DNA of 64,000 bases. Origin: Histomonas meleagridis 2922-C6/04-290x (lineage: Eukaryota; Protista; Parabasalia). The notes under the pieces were generated by a model. The model did not search any database and had not been told where the DNA came from. It worked only from the letters and a program-made list of their open reading frames with translations. Of this stretch, positions 53,862 to 64,000 are shown piece after piece; position 1 is the stretch's first letter, and each line of letters starts with the position of its first letter. The stretch spans positions 62,001 through 126,000 of the forward strand of contig JAANOX010000271.1 in assembly GCA_020184695.1 (NCBI GenBank), written 5' to 3'. Made by a program: the position numbers and the translations under genes.

Positions 53862-54437
53862 TCATCCGCATAAAGATTCATAATTAAAATCTAAATTGAA
53901 ATATATATCAAACATTGGTTCGCATGGATCAATGTAATCTGAACATGTTTCAGGTTTAATGATCTTTTTATCTATATTTGAATTCTGTTGTATATCTTTA
54001 TTCCGGCTATCAGCTTTTATGTTATTTGGCATTTGAGTACTTCTTTCACTTGATGTTTGTGGTTTTGTATTATTATCATTTGTAAAAGTATATAAATCAT
54101 TAAACCTACGTAGACAATTAAATCTGTTTCGAATGTTAATCGATGTTCTTCCAGGAAAAAATTGTTCCATTGCTTTCCATTTTGGTCCAAGCTCTTGATA
54201 TTTAAGTTTAAGTAAAGCATCTTCATCACGTGACCATTTTCCTTTGTAGACATTTACATTTAAATGATTTTGCCATCTTTCTCTACATTGACGTGTTGAT
54301 CGATTGGGCATTTCTCGAGAAACCCTGCTCCACTCACCTTCACCATATTTTTTAACAAGCATTTTCAATATTTCATCTTCTTCTGGTGTAAAATGAATCC
54401 TTTTACAATGTATATGTGACATTGGATTTGTGTCCAT
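53862..54437 (-). CDS. R2R3 Myb DNA-binding protein
   Basis: FTPEED...W..V...MPNRSTRQCRERW and KWSRDEDALL...GPKW...FPGRTSINIRNRF. Confidence 0.93.
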   Translation of the reverse strand: MDTNPMSHIHCKRIHFTPEEDEILKMLVKKYGEGEWSRVSREMPNRSTRQCRERWQNHLNVNVYKGKWSRDEDALLKLKYQELGPKWKAMEQFFPGRTSINIRNRFNCLRRFNDLYTFTNDNNTKPQTSSERSTQMPNNIKADSRNKDIQQNSNIDKKIIKPETCSDYIDPCEPMFDIYFNLDFNYESLCG

Positions 54438-55720
54438 TTGTTTATGTGAGGTGGTGAAGAATCGGTTTGAGAAGATTTCTATGCTAATTGAATTTCTCAC
54501 AAATGATTGGTAGGATAACTTTTTGAATTATTCACAAAAGTTGCATTTCAATACGAAGAACAACAAAATTGTGTGAATTGAATTTCAAGTAGAAACGGTT
54601 ATGATATTTGTGTGGACGATGTGGGTTTGACTCAATTCCACCTATTGACTGCAAAATACATGAGTAAAGTAATCAAATGAAAAAAACAACTGCAAAACGT
54701 TTGACTGTAGAAAAAAGATTTTCTGTATGCTTACAAAGTGAACTATAATAGGAAACAATAATGCAATAAATAGTGATTCGATATAATTAATCGAAAAATA
54801 ATAAATATAGCTCAGTTCATTTTCGATTTCAAAGCAAGAACATCAGAAGATTATTATCAATCTTGGCCATTGAACAAAAGCATGTTGATGAATGTTTTGA
54901 AAGCGATTTAGAAATTATGAAACTAGCTTTTGATGAGGAGGAACATGTTCGGAGTAAATGTTGATGGAACAGTAACAACAAAATCATCAATTAGCAATCT
55001 TAATAGTTATTGACCAAGTTAGTGATGATAAAAATGGGAAATCACGAGTTGATGTTATTAACACAACACCAGATATCGCAGTTACACGTATTGTTATGAA
55101 AAATATGGATGGAACAGGTTTTGTTGATCATCACATATTAATGGAAAATTGTTAAAATCAAACTAAAGTAAAAGAGTGATAGTCAATTTTTAACATTCAT
55201 TAATTAGAAGTAACCAAAACATCTGCAAAAGTAAAATACATGAAAATGACATATAAAATATTTTACAATCAAAATCATACACATGTTCAATATATTGCAA
55301 ACTATAGCAGTTAATTGGACAAGTATTCTACATCACAGAAACAATTTCCCAAAAGTCTTTGAACCACTTCTATATCTTCTTTTTATATACTTGATAACAT
55401 TCATGGCACCAACTTAATTATCATTCACCAAATTCAAATGCACTTCATTCTATTACACTAAGACATACGCAAATTAATTTATACATTTTTCATTTGTTCG
55501 ATTACTTCAAAGGAAAACGATATCAAACAAAACGATGAAAAGTGCCTTATTACATCAAAGTTGATGCACTAATTAAATCTTCAAACATTTCCACTCATTT
55601 GTTCAAATGGTTAAATTTTTACTGATAAGTTGTAGTGTTGTTATTGTTGTACGGCGACTCCAATCCGCCGTATGGGTTGGGCTGCATGCTTTGGTTTGCA
55701 TCTGCTTGGTATGGGTTATT

Positions 55721-58387
55721 TTATGCATTTGGCTGCATTATTGGCTGTTTAACGCTATAGTTTTGGTAATTATACTCTTGCGGCGGTGCATTGTACACAT
55801 AGTTTGGATCATCTTCTTCGAGGTAAGCGTTCTGTGCCGACATCTTTCTATTACCATCCGAGCTATTATCCATTTTATTCATACGTCTTCTCAACACAAT
55901 ATAAACCACGAAGAATACCATATTACCCACAACAACTATAACAGATACTACAATCACTACGATTACTCCACCTGGTATTGGGGCGCTTGGGAATGTAGTT
56001 GATTCGTTACATTCTTGGAAACCTTTAATTACATATAAGTCACCGAATCTACTTCCATTATAATCCTCATTTACGTATATATGCGTTGCTTTAATATCAT
56101 CGAAAGCTTCATTTGAAACATAAGGCTCAGAATCCCCAAAGTAATATATACAATTTAATGATTCACAATCTTTGAATGCATCATTATTTATACTTTGTAT
56201 GTATTTAGTTAAGTTAAGACTTACTAATGAAGTACATTTATAAAATGCATAACTATCAATAACAGTAATTGAATCCGAAAAGATAATTGTCCTTAATGAA
56301 GTACATCTTGAAAATGCAAATGAATTAGTTCTAGTTAATGAATTACCAAATGTAATGTTCTCTAAAGATTTACAACTCTCAAATGCATATTGCCCAAGAT
56401 AAGTTAATTCTGTTAAAGGTGATATATATTTTAAGTTTGTACAATATTGGAAAGCATAATCTCCGATACTAATTGCAAGTCTTCTAAATGTTACTGATAT
56501 TAATGAAGAGAATGATTTAAATGATTTATCGCCAATATTAATTATACCTTTACCAACTGTTAAATGTTGTAACTTATAACAACCATTAAAGATAGATGTA
56601 AAGAATTGTGTTATATTATCACCAATTGTAACATTATTTAATGAAAGACATGAACTAAAGATATAATTACCAATCGATTGTACTGTATCAGGTATTACAA
56701 TTTCTGTAATATTATAACATCCTTCAAATGCATATGAATTAATCTCCGTTAAATTGTTACCAAATTTAATTGTCTTTAATGATCTACATCCGGAAAATGT
56801 ATATGAGTTAATTGTTGTCAAATTATCGCCTAAAATTATATTATCTAATTTATAACAATTATAAAATGCATACTTGCCAAGATATGTTAATGATGTTAAT
56901 GGTGAAATACTTGTTAAGTTATAACATCGTTCGAAAGCATATTGTTCAATTCGAATCGGAGGATTCTTAAATGTTAATGTAACTAATGATTCAAATGCTT
57001 GGAACATATAACCATCAATTGAATTAATACCTAATCCAAGTGTTAAATGTTTTAAGTTATTACATCTTGAAAAGATATACGCATAAAAATCTGTTATTCC
57101 ATCACCAATTGTAACATTATTTAATGATGTACAAGAATAAAATATATATCCATAAATAGATGTAACTGAATTTGGTATTATAACTTCAAATAGACTTTGA
57201 CAATATTCAAATGCATTCTGATTAATAGTTAAAAGTCCTTCAGAGAAATTAATTTTCGTTAATTTAGAACAATTAGAAAATGAATATGATCCAATTGTAG
57301 TTAAACATTCTGGAAATGTAATTGTTTCAAATCCACATTCTTTAAATGCATATTGACCTATTTTTGTAATATTTGTTGCTTTAAAGATAACACTTTCTAA
57401 TTTATTGCATTTATAAAATGAATATGATCCAATTTCATTAACATTTAATCCAATGATAACTTTAGTTAAATTGAAACATGAATCAAATGAATTTGGTGAA
57501 ACAGATTTAACTAAATCTGGAATCGTAATCGAAATTAAATTCGAACATTGGCAAAATGAATATGATCCTAATGTAAATAAATTGTTTCCTAAGTCAACTT
57601 CAGTTAATGAAACACATGATCGAAATGCATATTCACAAATAGTTTCTACAACTGACGGAATGTTAATTTTCGATAACTCAACACAGTTACCAAATGAATA
57701 TGATCCAAATGTCTTTAATGAACTCTCATTTCCAAATGTTACTGTAGTTAATTTGATGCAAAAATTAAATGCATATGAATCAATAGCTTTAACACTATTT
57801 GGAATTGTGACTTCAAGTAATGAAGAACAATGATCAAATGATTTCTCACCAATTGCAGATGCATTACAATCAATTGAAAGATCTTTTAGAGATGTGCAAT
57901 ATGAAAAAAGTTGTTTTGAAATGTTTTGAACACTTTCGCCAATTTTAGCAGTAATAAGTTTATCGCATTGTGCAAAAACAGATGTTCCTAGTGATGTAAC
58001 ATTTCCGGGAATTACAATCTCTTTAAGTGATGTGCACGAATAAAATGCAGCATCGCCAATAGTGTTTAAGTTTTGGCCATTGATAAAGTTGATTTCTTCT
58101 AACTTAAAACAGGAATAAAAAGCATTTGAATTGATTGTCGTAAGGGAATCGCCGATTGTAACTGTTTGCAAAATCGGCCAATTTCTGAATGCAGAACTAT
58201 CAATTATGCTGACGCCTTCGCCAATTGTAAGATATCGAACTGTATCTTTGTATTGCGCATAGACACTTTGGTAAATAGTGGATACGTTTGTAATGACGAG
58301 TGTTTCATCGCAATGTGCAAACAAAGGAAATATTAATCCTAATAACATTTCTAACTTTGGTTTTTCGAAAAAAACTGCTGCTGCCAT
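55721..58387 (-). CDS. BspA-like LRR_5 surface protein with signal peptide, TM helix and Tyr-rich cytoplasmic tail
   Basis: Many TpLRR repeats (IGxxAFxxCxxL); signal-like MLLGLIFPLFAHC (ATG at 58348 is an alternative start); TM VIVVIVVSVIVVVGNMVFFVVYIVL followed by RRR. Confidence 0.93.
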   Translation of the reverse strand: MAAAVFFEKPKLEMLLGLIFPLFAHCDETLVITNVSTIYQSVYAQYKDTVRYLTIGEGVSIIDSSAFRNWPILQTVTIGDSLTTINSNAFYSCFKLEEINFINGQNLNTIGDAAFYSCTSLKEIVIPGNVTSLGTSVFAQCDKLITAKIGESVQNISKQLFSYCTSLKDLSIDCNASAIGEKSFDHCSSLLEVTIPNSVKAIDSYAFNFCIKLTTVTFGNESSLKTFGSYSFGNCVELSKINIPSVVETICEYAFRSCVSLTEVDLGNNLFTLGSYSFCQCSNLISITIPDLVKSVSPNSFDSCFNLTKVIIGLNVNEIGSYSFYKCNKLESVIFKATNITKIGQYAFKECGFETITFPECLTTIGSYSFSNCSKLTKINFSEGLLTINQNAFEYCQSLFEVIIPNSVTSIYGYIFYSCTSLNNVTIGDGITDFYAYIFSRCNNLKHLTLGLGINSIDGYMFQAFESLVTLTFKNPPIRIEQYAFERCYNLTSISPLTSLTYLGKYAFYNCYKLDNIILGDNLTTINSYTFSGCRSLKTIKFGNNLTEINSYAFEGCYNITEIVIPDTVQSIGNYIFSSCLSLNNVTIGDNITQFFTSIFNGCYKLQHLTVGKGIINIGDKSFKSFSSLISVTFRRLAISIGDYAFQYCTNLKYISPLTELTYLGQYAFESCKSLENITFGNSLTRTNSFAFSRCTSLRTIIFSDSITVIDSYAFYKCTSLVSLNLTKYIQSINNDAFKDCESLNCIYYFGDSEPYVSNEAFDDIKATHIYVNEDYNGSRFGDLYVIKGFQECNESTTFPSAPIPGGVIVVIVVSVIVVVGNMVFFVVYIVLRRRMNKMDNSSDGNRKMSAQNAYLEEDDPNYVYNAPPQEYNYQNYSVKQPIMQPNA

Positions 58388-58628
58388 TCAATTTTGAAAA
58401 GTGAATGTAACTTGCCAGACAGTTATGTAAGAAATGATCGTTCGATATTATCAAAAAGCGAAAACATTGATCACTATCTATCGGAATTTCAGAGTGATGA
58501 TGGGAAACAATTCAATTTGTCTATCGTTCGACCAGCGAACGTTCGTATTTTGGGGCACCGCGAATTTCATAGCTTTACCTTCTTTGGTCAAAAGATAAGC
58601 AAAATAAACGTCCTCAAAAGAGACCCAG

Positions 58629-60113
58629 ATGTTCTCTTTGTTCGTTGGACTTATTTTCGCTGCGAGGATTACCCAACATTTAGGAGAACCTGTTTTATCA
58701 AAGGTATGCGGCGAAAATTTATTAGTTTATACTAAAGAATCTTTCTTTTCAATGATAGATGATTCAACTGGATCCATTCAATGGCGTCAACTAATTCATC
58801 AAGTTCAAGCATTTGACGTAGTTGATGATGTAGTGATTGTTGGTTCCAAACACTATTATTATATTTTAGATAAAGAAACTGGTCTTATCTTGTATCAATA
58901 TCATCATCAAGTCAGAACAGTACAAGAAATCACCAAGTCAAATAATACGGTTGCGATTCGTGGAGAAGGAATTCTTCGCATATATGATATTGAAAATCTC
59001 ATTTTAAGCATTGACATTCCAGAAAATAATGAGAAAGGCTTACTTCTTACCAACACCACAGTTGTTTGTGGCTCTACCGAATATGATTTAACCACTGGTT
59101 CTAAACTTGGCTCTCGATCAATCCCTTATCAGACAGCCGATCTTCGATATTTACCCACAGTCATCGAGCGCTATTCCGAAGGTACACTTAAATGGCGTAT
59201 TGATGAGCCACTTCAAGGTTCCACACTTCTTACTGCGATTTCCAAATCAAAAATTCTTCTCAAAAACGACACGCATCTTCTTGTCTATGACATTAATCAG
59301 CAACTTCTTGTTCTCTGCGAGCCATACATTGTTGAAAGCATTGACCAAACCACAGATGGCGTATACATTCGTACGTCCAAAGAAATTTTGAAGCTAAATC
59401 CGAAGACATTATATCTCAGCAAATACGACGGCCGCGTTGAAGGCGGCAGCTTCGTGAACAATACAATTCGCATTAAGAACGCTCAATTTACGTTTCCATC
59501 ATATTGCACACCGAAATGTAGTTGCGCATCACCGACAATTGGAAGTTTCTTAGCCGCATCGCAATGCAACGAAATGATCTCTGTTGCGATCTTTGATAAG
59601 AACGGCAAGAACAAATACTTAGTTGAGACAGAAGGTTCCATTGGCACGTGTTGGTGCAATGATAACTCCGCGTCAATCTCATATTATAAGCCCAAGAAGA
59701 AGACTTCGTACATTAACTCGTTTTCTCTGTTAAATAATTCGCAACGCTCGTTCACTACTGAAGAACTCGTTGTAGCTGCGAATAATAACATATTAATTCT
59801 GGCCGACGGAGAAGTGATATCAATACCCGAAGCGAAGTATAACGGAGATGTGCAATTCCAACAAAGTTATACGCAACAATTTTACGAGCCCGACTTAAGA
59901 GGAGGAAGAAGAAATGGCGCATACGAAAACGCGAGAAACATCGCAAATGGATTCGGTGTGGTGGTGGTGCAGAGCAATGACATATACACACTGGATGACG
60001 AAATGGGTTTCCCGGCTTCAATGCACTTGCTGGTGGTCGGCGCGTTCTTGGTGCTGAGCTTGGGTCTGTATTTGAACTCTTTGTTCTCAAAGAAAAGTTC
60101 GTTTTGGAAATGA
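58629..60113 (+). CDS. Type I membrane beta-propeller protein, EMC1-like architecture
   Basis: Signal peptide; TGSIQWRQ PQQ-like blade; single C-terminal TM followed by ...KKSSFWK, reminiscent of the EMC1 terminus. Confidence 0.45.
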   Translation: MFSLFVGLIFAARITQHLGEPVLSKVCGENLLVYTKESFFSMIDDSTGSIQWRQLIHQVQAFDVVDDVVIVGSKHYYYILDKETGLILYQYHHQVRTVQEITKSNNTVAIRGEGILRIYDIENLILSIDIPENNEKGLLLTNTTVVCGSTEYDLTTGSKLGSRSIPYQTADLRYLPTVIERYSEGTLKWRIDEPLQGSTLLTAISKSKILLKNDTHLLVYDINQQLLVLCEPYIVESIDQTTDGVYIRTSKEILKLNPKTLYLSKYDGRVEGGSFVNNTIRIKNAQFTFPSYCTPKCSCASPTIGSFLAASQCNEMISVAIFDKNGKNKYLVETEGSIGTCWCNDNSASISYYKPKKKTSYINSFSLLNNSQRSFTTEELVVAANNNILILADGEVISIPEAKYNGDVQFQQSYTQQFYEPDLRGGRRNGAYENARNIANGFGVVVVQSNDIYTLDDEMGFPASMHLLVVGAFLVLSLGLYLNSLFSKKSSFWK

Positions 60114-62418
60114 ATAAATCCAAAAATATTATTACAAATATTCGTTTCTATTTGATTCCAAAGCGATTGTGAATTCACGTTCGGTTGGAAGATCATAAAA
60201 ACGAGTCAATTTACTTAGAGCCTTTGTGTTTATCAATCAGATTTAACAAACTTTTGTGATATGATGTTGGAAACACCATCCAAATGTACTACTTATAATT
60301 GAGAAGCATTAATAAAACATAATTTTTACTACCTATAATAAATAAATGAATAAATAAATAGGTATTAAAATGTATATGAATGTATGGCATATATATTATA
60401 TATTGATAAAGATATTTTCATTTTATGTTGAGTTTATAACAAATTGAATGATAGGTAACGTTGAAGTGATCTCTTAACGTATAAATATTCGTGAAAAAGT
60501 CAACACCTGCCTCAGAAATCAAACCGGAAATTATATAAGTAAATCATAACAACCAGCTCACCTCATGTTTTTTTTTATTTACTTCATTAATTACAACGTT
60601 TTTTTTTTCCTTTTTTTTCTTCTTATTTCTTTTTTCAAATTTTTCTTATTTAATTTTTTTTTTTTTTCAAATGCTTAATGGAATGATATTTTGACTTCAT
60701 AAATTTAATATTCATTGAATCAATTATATCATGGATTTGAATTTTTGCTTTGTCTAAAATAAATAAAATATATGTTTCGGTTGTTTTGTTATTTGAAACA
60801 GATGTGATTGAAATGTGTCTGATCTCAGAAAACCTTTCAAAGGATTGGATCAAGTTAAAAATGACTTCTAAATTAACCAATTGTTGTAACAATTTGTGTG
60901 AACATTTAAAATATAAAATTTCTCTGACCATATCCTCAAAGCATTTAACACTATAAATATGATTATCTCAGGCTTTATTTCCAGTTCTTTGATTGACTTT
61001 TTTTGATACAAATGAAACAAACGATATAAGACTCTATTATTTTCCAATTATATTAAGTAATATCTATATTATTAAGATACGAGTTATTGAAAACAATATC
61101 TGTAAAACAATAATTAAAAAATAATATTCAATCTTTAATTAGAAATGATTTATTTCGTAAACAGCTTTAAGAGTTTTCTAATGTAAATCTCATTAGAGAT
61201 TTCATCAATTATTATAACTACATAAACATAATTCAAATTCTAAAATTTCTTGCATGCAAAACACCACTAACTGAGGAAAAAAATTTATTAAATATCATTA
61301 ACATCACTCAAAGAGCGTAATTTTTTTTTTTTTGGCGACAGTTTATTTGGTTGTCGTTCATTATTATTATAATTTTATGAAATTTCATATATGAAACCTA
61401 TAATAGTATAGCTTATTTTAAATATCAAAATATTTCAATGTTATGATTTAAAACATTTTGTGTTCACAAAATCGATTGTGTCATTTTATTCTCACATAAA
61501 TTTTTATGCCAGCGACGATACATTTGATAATTTCAATCGGCTCGCTTCAAAACCGCAGCAGCTTAAAAGTGCTGTGGGTTTCTGCACAGGTACAGAAATA
61601 AGTAAACCACTATCAAAATCAGTATTTTCTTAGGTCAATAGGTGTGTCTTTCGTCTTGCGCACGTTTGTAACCATATTTTGTTATTTTCTACTTGTTCAT
61701 TCAACAGCAAAAACAAGTAAAATACTCATGAAATTAATGTAATTATTCTAGTGGATAAAGATACCCCAATAATAGCTCAAAATAATTGATAAAGATATTG
61801 AAATCCAATTATCAATAATGGATCTAATGAATATATGAATAAAACAAAAATTTTCATAAATACATTTAAATTAGAAAAAAAATAGGATTTGACTATTTAT
61901 TCAGATTTATGATAATAACTAATTCGTCCGCTTTAAATATATAAAAACATCTTTAAGTACTAATGAACCCAGCCTTTGTCCTCATATCTTATTAAAAGAT
62001 CCAGGCATCAAAAGATTCAATTCCTTTCAAATCTGGAAGCGCCATTCGTCACATCCAGAAAAAATCCATATCAAGATCTTCTCAGCTGAGTTTTTAGATA
62101 TTTTAGTTTTTATTTTTCTGTGGTTTATATGTTTTGGAAGGTACATTGCATGTTTAAAAAATTGTCTTCTCAGAATAATTTTTGATTCTTAACTCAATGG
62201 CTACAGGAAAAATATAGATTTTTCATATAAAAATCATTTATTTATATGAATGAAAAAATTTAAATATACGCCTGTTTTGAAGTGACATCATCTCTCAATT
62301 AAGAGATATTTTAATTTTGCTAAAATCTAAAAAAGATAAATCACTGGTCACCAGTTCTGTTAAGTGGTACAATTGTGCAACTTATCAAAAATTAGTAGAA
62401 CACTTACCAAATTCTAAA

Positions 62419-63997
62419 CTAAATGGCACCTTTTTCACTGAGTAATTGTTTTATTTCTCTGAAACCCAACCGATTAGCGATTTTAAATGCTGTTTCAAAT
62501 TAATAAAACATAATCCAAATTATTAAAACATATTTCAAATTATTAAAACATATATAAAATTATTCAAATGAATAGTTTTTTCATTAACATCAATTCCTTT
62601 TTGTTCTAAAAGTAATTTTACTATTTCTAAATTATTATTTTTAACTGCTATATGAAGTGCTGTTTCAAATTATTAAAACATATTTTAAATTATTAAAACA
62701 TATTTCAAATTATTAAAACATATTCCAAATTATTCAAATGAATATTTTTTGCATTAACATCAATTCCTTTATCTAAAAGTAATTTTACTATTTTTATATT
62801 ATTATTTTCAACTGCTATATGAAGTGCTGTTTCAAATTATTAAAACATATTCCAAATTATTGAAACATATTCCAAATTATTCAAATGAATATTTTTTGCA
62901 TTAACATCAATTCCTTTATCTAAAAGTAATTTTACTATTTCTATATTATTATTTCTAACTGCGATATGAAGTGCTGTTTCAAATTATTAAAACATATTTC
63001 AAATTATTAAAACATATTCCAAATTATTAAAACATATTCCAAATTATTAAAACATATTCCAAATTATTAAAACACATTTCAAATTATTCAAATGAATAGT
63101 TATTGCATTAATATCAATTCCTTCTTTATCTAAAAGTAATTTTACTATTTCAATATTTTCTAATTTAACTGAATATGGTAAAATTGTTTTTGGAATTTGT
63201 TGACTTTCTATTATAAATGTATTTCCCTTTGATGCTATTTCCCCTATAATTTCATTATTTATTTTCATTCCTTCTTTTTCTAAAAACGAGAAGATTTCAT
63301 AATTATTAAATTCTACACATTTTTTCCCAAGATATATTAAATTTTCTTCACTTAAATTATAATTACCTTGATTTTCGAAATCAGAATTCGATTTTGTAAA
63401 AGAAGATTTTGAAGATGAAAATTTTCCAATTTTATTTTCATAAAGATAACGAAAAATTTCATTTTGATGAAATTCTATTGCTGTTTCATATGCTTCTGTA
63501 AATGATGAATTATTTTGTTCACATAAATGAATAATTTCTAAGTTTCCACCTGCAATTGCATATTTAGATGTATTTTTGATATTCGAATTATTTAATAACA
63601 AATATTTAAAACATTTAATCGAGCCAAAAAATGCACAATAATCAATCAATGAAACATTTTCAGTATTAATAAATGAACATCTTTCATAAAGTGATGGCTT
63701 AATTTTTTGATTAAAGTCAAATTCATTATTTGATGATATTTCTTGAAGCTTTTCTAAATCATCATTTCGAAGTACTTTCGCAATTTCGAATGGGTTGACT
63801 CCTTCTTTTACATATTGCATATGAAGTTTCCAATCATCTTTTGATAATTCATCAAGTGATGAAATGAATTCCCCAAAGAATTGTAGTCTTAGATACAAAT
63901 ATTCGTTCTTTGATCTATAGCATTCTTCATATTGAGAAAAATATAATGTGTTCATGTTCTTTACTGAAGATGGTTCAATTATTTCTTCTTCTATCAT
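62419..63997 (-). CDS. DUF3447/ankyrin-repeat protein with four minisatellite-built inserts (locus C); the 5' end may extend past the window
   Basis: DUF3447-type block as in locus A. Ankyrin segments 62983-62885 (33 codons), 62836-62738 (33 codons), 62669-62568 (34 codons) and terminal 62499-62419 (FETAFKIANRLGFREIKQLLSEKGAI*). Inserts 63091-62984, 62884-62837, 62737-62670, 62567-62500. Confidence 0.8.
62500..63091 (-). repeat. 20-nt minisatellite ATAATTTG(G/A)AATATGTTTTA forming the locus C inserts
   Basis: AAATTATT recurs every 20 nt on the plus strand (62981, 63001, 63021, 63041, 63061, 63081); 5, 2, 3 and 3 units in the four inserts. Confidence 0.92.
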
Positions 63998-64000
63998 CTT

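Noticed and set aside
54900-55160. Protein-like fragment (VIDQVSDDKNGKSRVDVINTTPDIAVTRIVMK)
   Set aside because: Too short and broken to assign; possibly a pseudogene remnant.
61500-62130. Two slightly GC-richer patches that might be ncRNA or gene remnants
   Set aside because: No recognisable RNA motif, stable structure or coherent reading frame by eye.
62500-63091. CRISPR-like array (repeats with spacers)
   Set aside because: The 'repeats' are ankyrin-coding segments and a minisatellite in a eukaryotic gene; there are no unique spacers and no cas genes.

Overview
A 64-kb, very AT-rich eukaryotic window with compact, largely intron-free genes. The gene content (BspA-like LRR surface proteins, DUF3447/ankyrin genes, R2R3-Myb, BEACH, TCAYW initiator elements, bacterial-type metabolic genes) points to a parabasalid (trichomonad, probably Tritrichomonas/Histomonas-like); this is inference. 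Housekeeping content: SAC3/GANP, Cdc25-like rhodanese, OTU1-like deubiquitinase, SNF2-bromodomain ATPase, TPR, Kelch, ARM, RalGAP-beta-like, Rab-like, tRNA-Thr(TGT). There is also a decayed Mutator (MULE) transposon and a ~2-kb inverted duplication. Two observations stand out. (1) At four separate loci, ankyrin repeats are split at the identical codon position by U-rich, non-GT-AG inserts. There are 16 inserts in total: 10 are exactly 68 nt despite divergent sequence, all 16 resume at a TTT codon, and 11 carry TGG exactly 24 nt before the 'T' position of the TAL/TPL motif. This looks like an unconventional intron or ribosome-bypass element; the mechanism cannot be resolved from DNA alone. (2) A bacterial-type FMN-dependent NADH:fumarate reductase (OYE-FMN-binding-flavocytochrome c) lies 2.5 kb from its likely maturation enzyme ApbE, inside a ~9-kb cluster of bacterial-type genes that also holds a class II HMG-CoA reductase and an AHL-lactonase-like relic. 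All family calls are from motif recognition by eye, without database searches.
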